Shown here: one piece after another, positions 31,114 through 32,000 of the stretch | Numbering within the stretch: the first letter of the stretch is position 1 | How the letters are laid out: the number at the start of each line of letters is the position of its first letter | Program-made: the position numbers and the translations under genes | Assembly (NCBI RefSeq): GCF_000019605.1 | Contig: NC_010482.1 | Span: forward strand, 1,020,001-1,052,000 | Origin: Candidatus Korarchaeum cryptofilum OPF8 | GTDB taxonomy: Archaea > Korarchaeota > Korarchaeia > Korarchaeales > Korarchaeaceae | DNA length: 32,000 bases | Reading direction: 5' to 3' | The notes under the pieces: model-generated | The model's input: the letters and a program-made list of their open reading frames with translations, nothing else | Databases searched by the model: none | Told to the model about the DNA's origin: nothing

Positions 31114-32000
31114 AGATTATATCTTACATCGATGCCAAGCTTCATTGAATCCTCCAGAAAGCTCGGATAGGAGTCAGCGACGGAGTCCTCACCCTCTATG
31201 ATGCATCCTTCCCTCGTGGCAGCAGCTAGAGCTAGAAGGGCCATGAAAATCCTGTGATCTCCATGAGAATCTAACTTCACACCTCCCTTCGGGCTCCCTC
31301 CCCTTATAACAAGCCCATCGTAGAGTTCTTTCACCTCAACACCCACCTTTTTAAGCTCGGAGGCCATATTAGCTACTCTATCGCTCTCCTTCACTCTAGC
31401 GTGAGCTACTCCCCTTATCTCCGAGATCTCGCTCACGAAGGATGCCAGAACGCATGCTATCGGGAATATATCGGGGGAATCCTTTAGGTTCAATTTAGAC
31501 CCGCGTTTAGGCCTTCCTTCAACAATAACTCTACTTCCGACCTCTTGAACTTCGACACCGAAGCTCCTGAGCACATCTATCGCAGCATAATCAGCTTGAG
31601 GCACGGTACTATCCAAATCCTCCACGATCACCTTCCCTCCGGTGACGGAGGCCGTCAGCATGTGAAAAGCGGCGAGACCATAATCTCCTGGGATTTTGAA
31701 TTCTAGTCCCTTAGGCGGCACTGGCTCCACTTTTATCTCCTCATTCAATTCAACGTGGGATCCGCTCCTCCTCAGGACCTCCTTCGTCATCTCTAAATAG
31801 GGCCTCGAGACCAGCTCCCCAATCGGCTTTATCTTCAAGCCCCTCTCGAAGCGCGTGGATGCTATCATCAACCCCGAGAAGAATTGAGAACTTATGCTTC
31901 CATCTATCTCAACCTCACCGCCCTTGAGACCTCCTCCCCTCACTATGAGGGGTGGGAGACCGTTCATCCTGGAGCTAATAGCCCATCCCCCCAGTTTGTT
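31110..32000 (-). CDS. aroA: 3-phosphoshikimate 1-carboxyvinyltransferase (EPSP synthase), N-terminus beyond the window
   Basis: The frame stays open to base 32000 (..NQTGGWAISSRMNGLPPL..), so the listed Met at 31967 is internal. LIVRGGGLKGGEVEIDGSISSQFFSGLMIA, ESDRVANM and DHRIFMALLALA are EPSPS motifs. Confidence 0.92.
   Translation of the reverse strand, partial: NKLGGWAISSRMNGLPPLIVRGGGLKGGEVEIDGSISSQFFSGLMIASTRFERGLKIKPIGELVSRPYLEMTKEVLRRSGSHVELNEEIKVEPVPPKGLEFKIPGDYGLAAFHMLTASVTGGKVIVEDLDSTVPQADYAAIDVLRSFGVEVQEVGSRVIVEGRPKRGSKLNLKDSPDIFPIACVLASFVSEISEIRGVAHARVKESDRVANMASELKKVGVEVKELYDGLVIRGGSPKGGVKLDSHGDHRIFMALLALAAATREGCIIEGEDSVADSYPSFLEDSMKLGIDVRYNL

Noticed and set aside
1-32000. 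Looked for tRNA, rRNA, CRISPR arrays, transposases/IS ends and integrase-flanked islands, scanning all seven spacers longer than 60 nt.
   Set aside because: There are no T-loop/cloverleaf signatures and no regularly spaced direct repeats. No transposase, integrase or Cas-like ORFs are present, and no terminal inverted repeats were seen. The only tandem repeat is the coding 27-mer at 9369-9428.

Overview
This is a very gene-dense archaeal chromosomal segment. By my hand tally only about 1.5 kb (about 5%) is non-coding. I call 35 protein-coding genes and found no rRNA, tRNA, CRISPR array or transposase by eye.

Archaeal origin follows from r-proteins L7Ae/S28e/L24e/S6e, aIF5B, aIF2-gamma, TFS, type-2 IPP isomerase and a cupin-type PGI. 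AGG/AGA/ATA-rich codon use, E/K/R-rich proteins and GGTGAT-type Shine-Dalgarno sites suggest a (hyper)thermophile. It may be of the TACK/Korarchaeota-Thermoproteota kind, but the taxon cannot be verified from here.

Layout:
- 1-7058 (+): translation/isoprenoid block: rps2, MEMO-like, fni, rpl7ae-rps28e-rpl24e, infB, rps6e, eif2g.
- 7055-7729 (-): cupin PGI.
- 7782-12370 (+): tightly overlapping 4-gene operon: DUF2207-like membrane protein with a Cys/Ala-repeat tail, RRE-radical SAM/SPASM enzyme, Sir2 deacylase, GNAT.
- 12367-17313 (-): BMP-family ABC importer.
- 17575-19472 (+): peroxiredoxin and MFS transporter.
- 19550-22565 (-): corrinoid protein, degenerate ThrC-like/wHTH protein, acyl-CoA dehydrogenase.
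- 22696-27556 (+): etfBA, thiolase, moaD-moaE fusion, moaC, moaA.
- 27553-32000: HD hydrolase (-), coiled-coil protein (+), DUF373 (+), NYN (-), TFS (+), partial aroA (-).

Best candidates for undescribed biology:
1. The membrane-protein Cys-tail plus translationally coupled RRE-rSAM-SPASM maturase pair (7782-10753).
2. The zinc-ribbon/ThrC-like pseudoenzyme (PLP lysine replaced by Val) with a C-terminal wHTH, coupled to a stand-alone B12-binding protein (19550-21326).

Secondary observations are an uncleaved-looking MoaD-MoaE fusion, a perfectly symmetric shared TATA box, a mirror-symmetric divergent promoter with a GC-rich double hairpin, and recurrent 4-nt stop/stop overlaps at convergent gene ends. 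All functional calls rest on motif recognition by eye; no database search was run.
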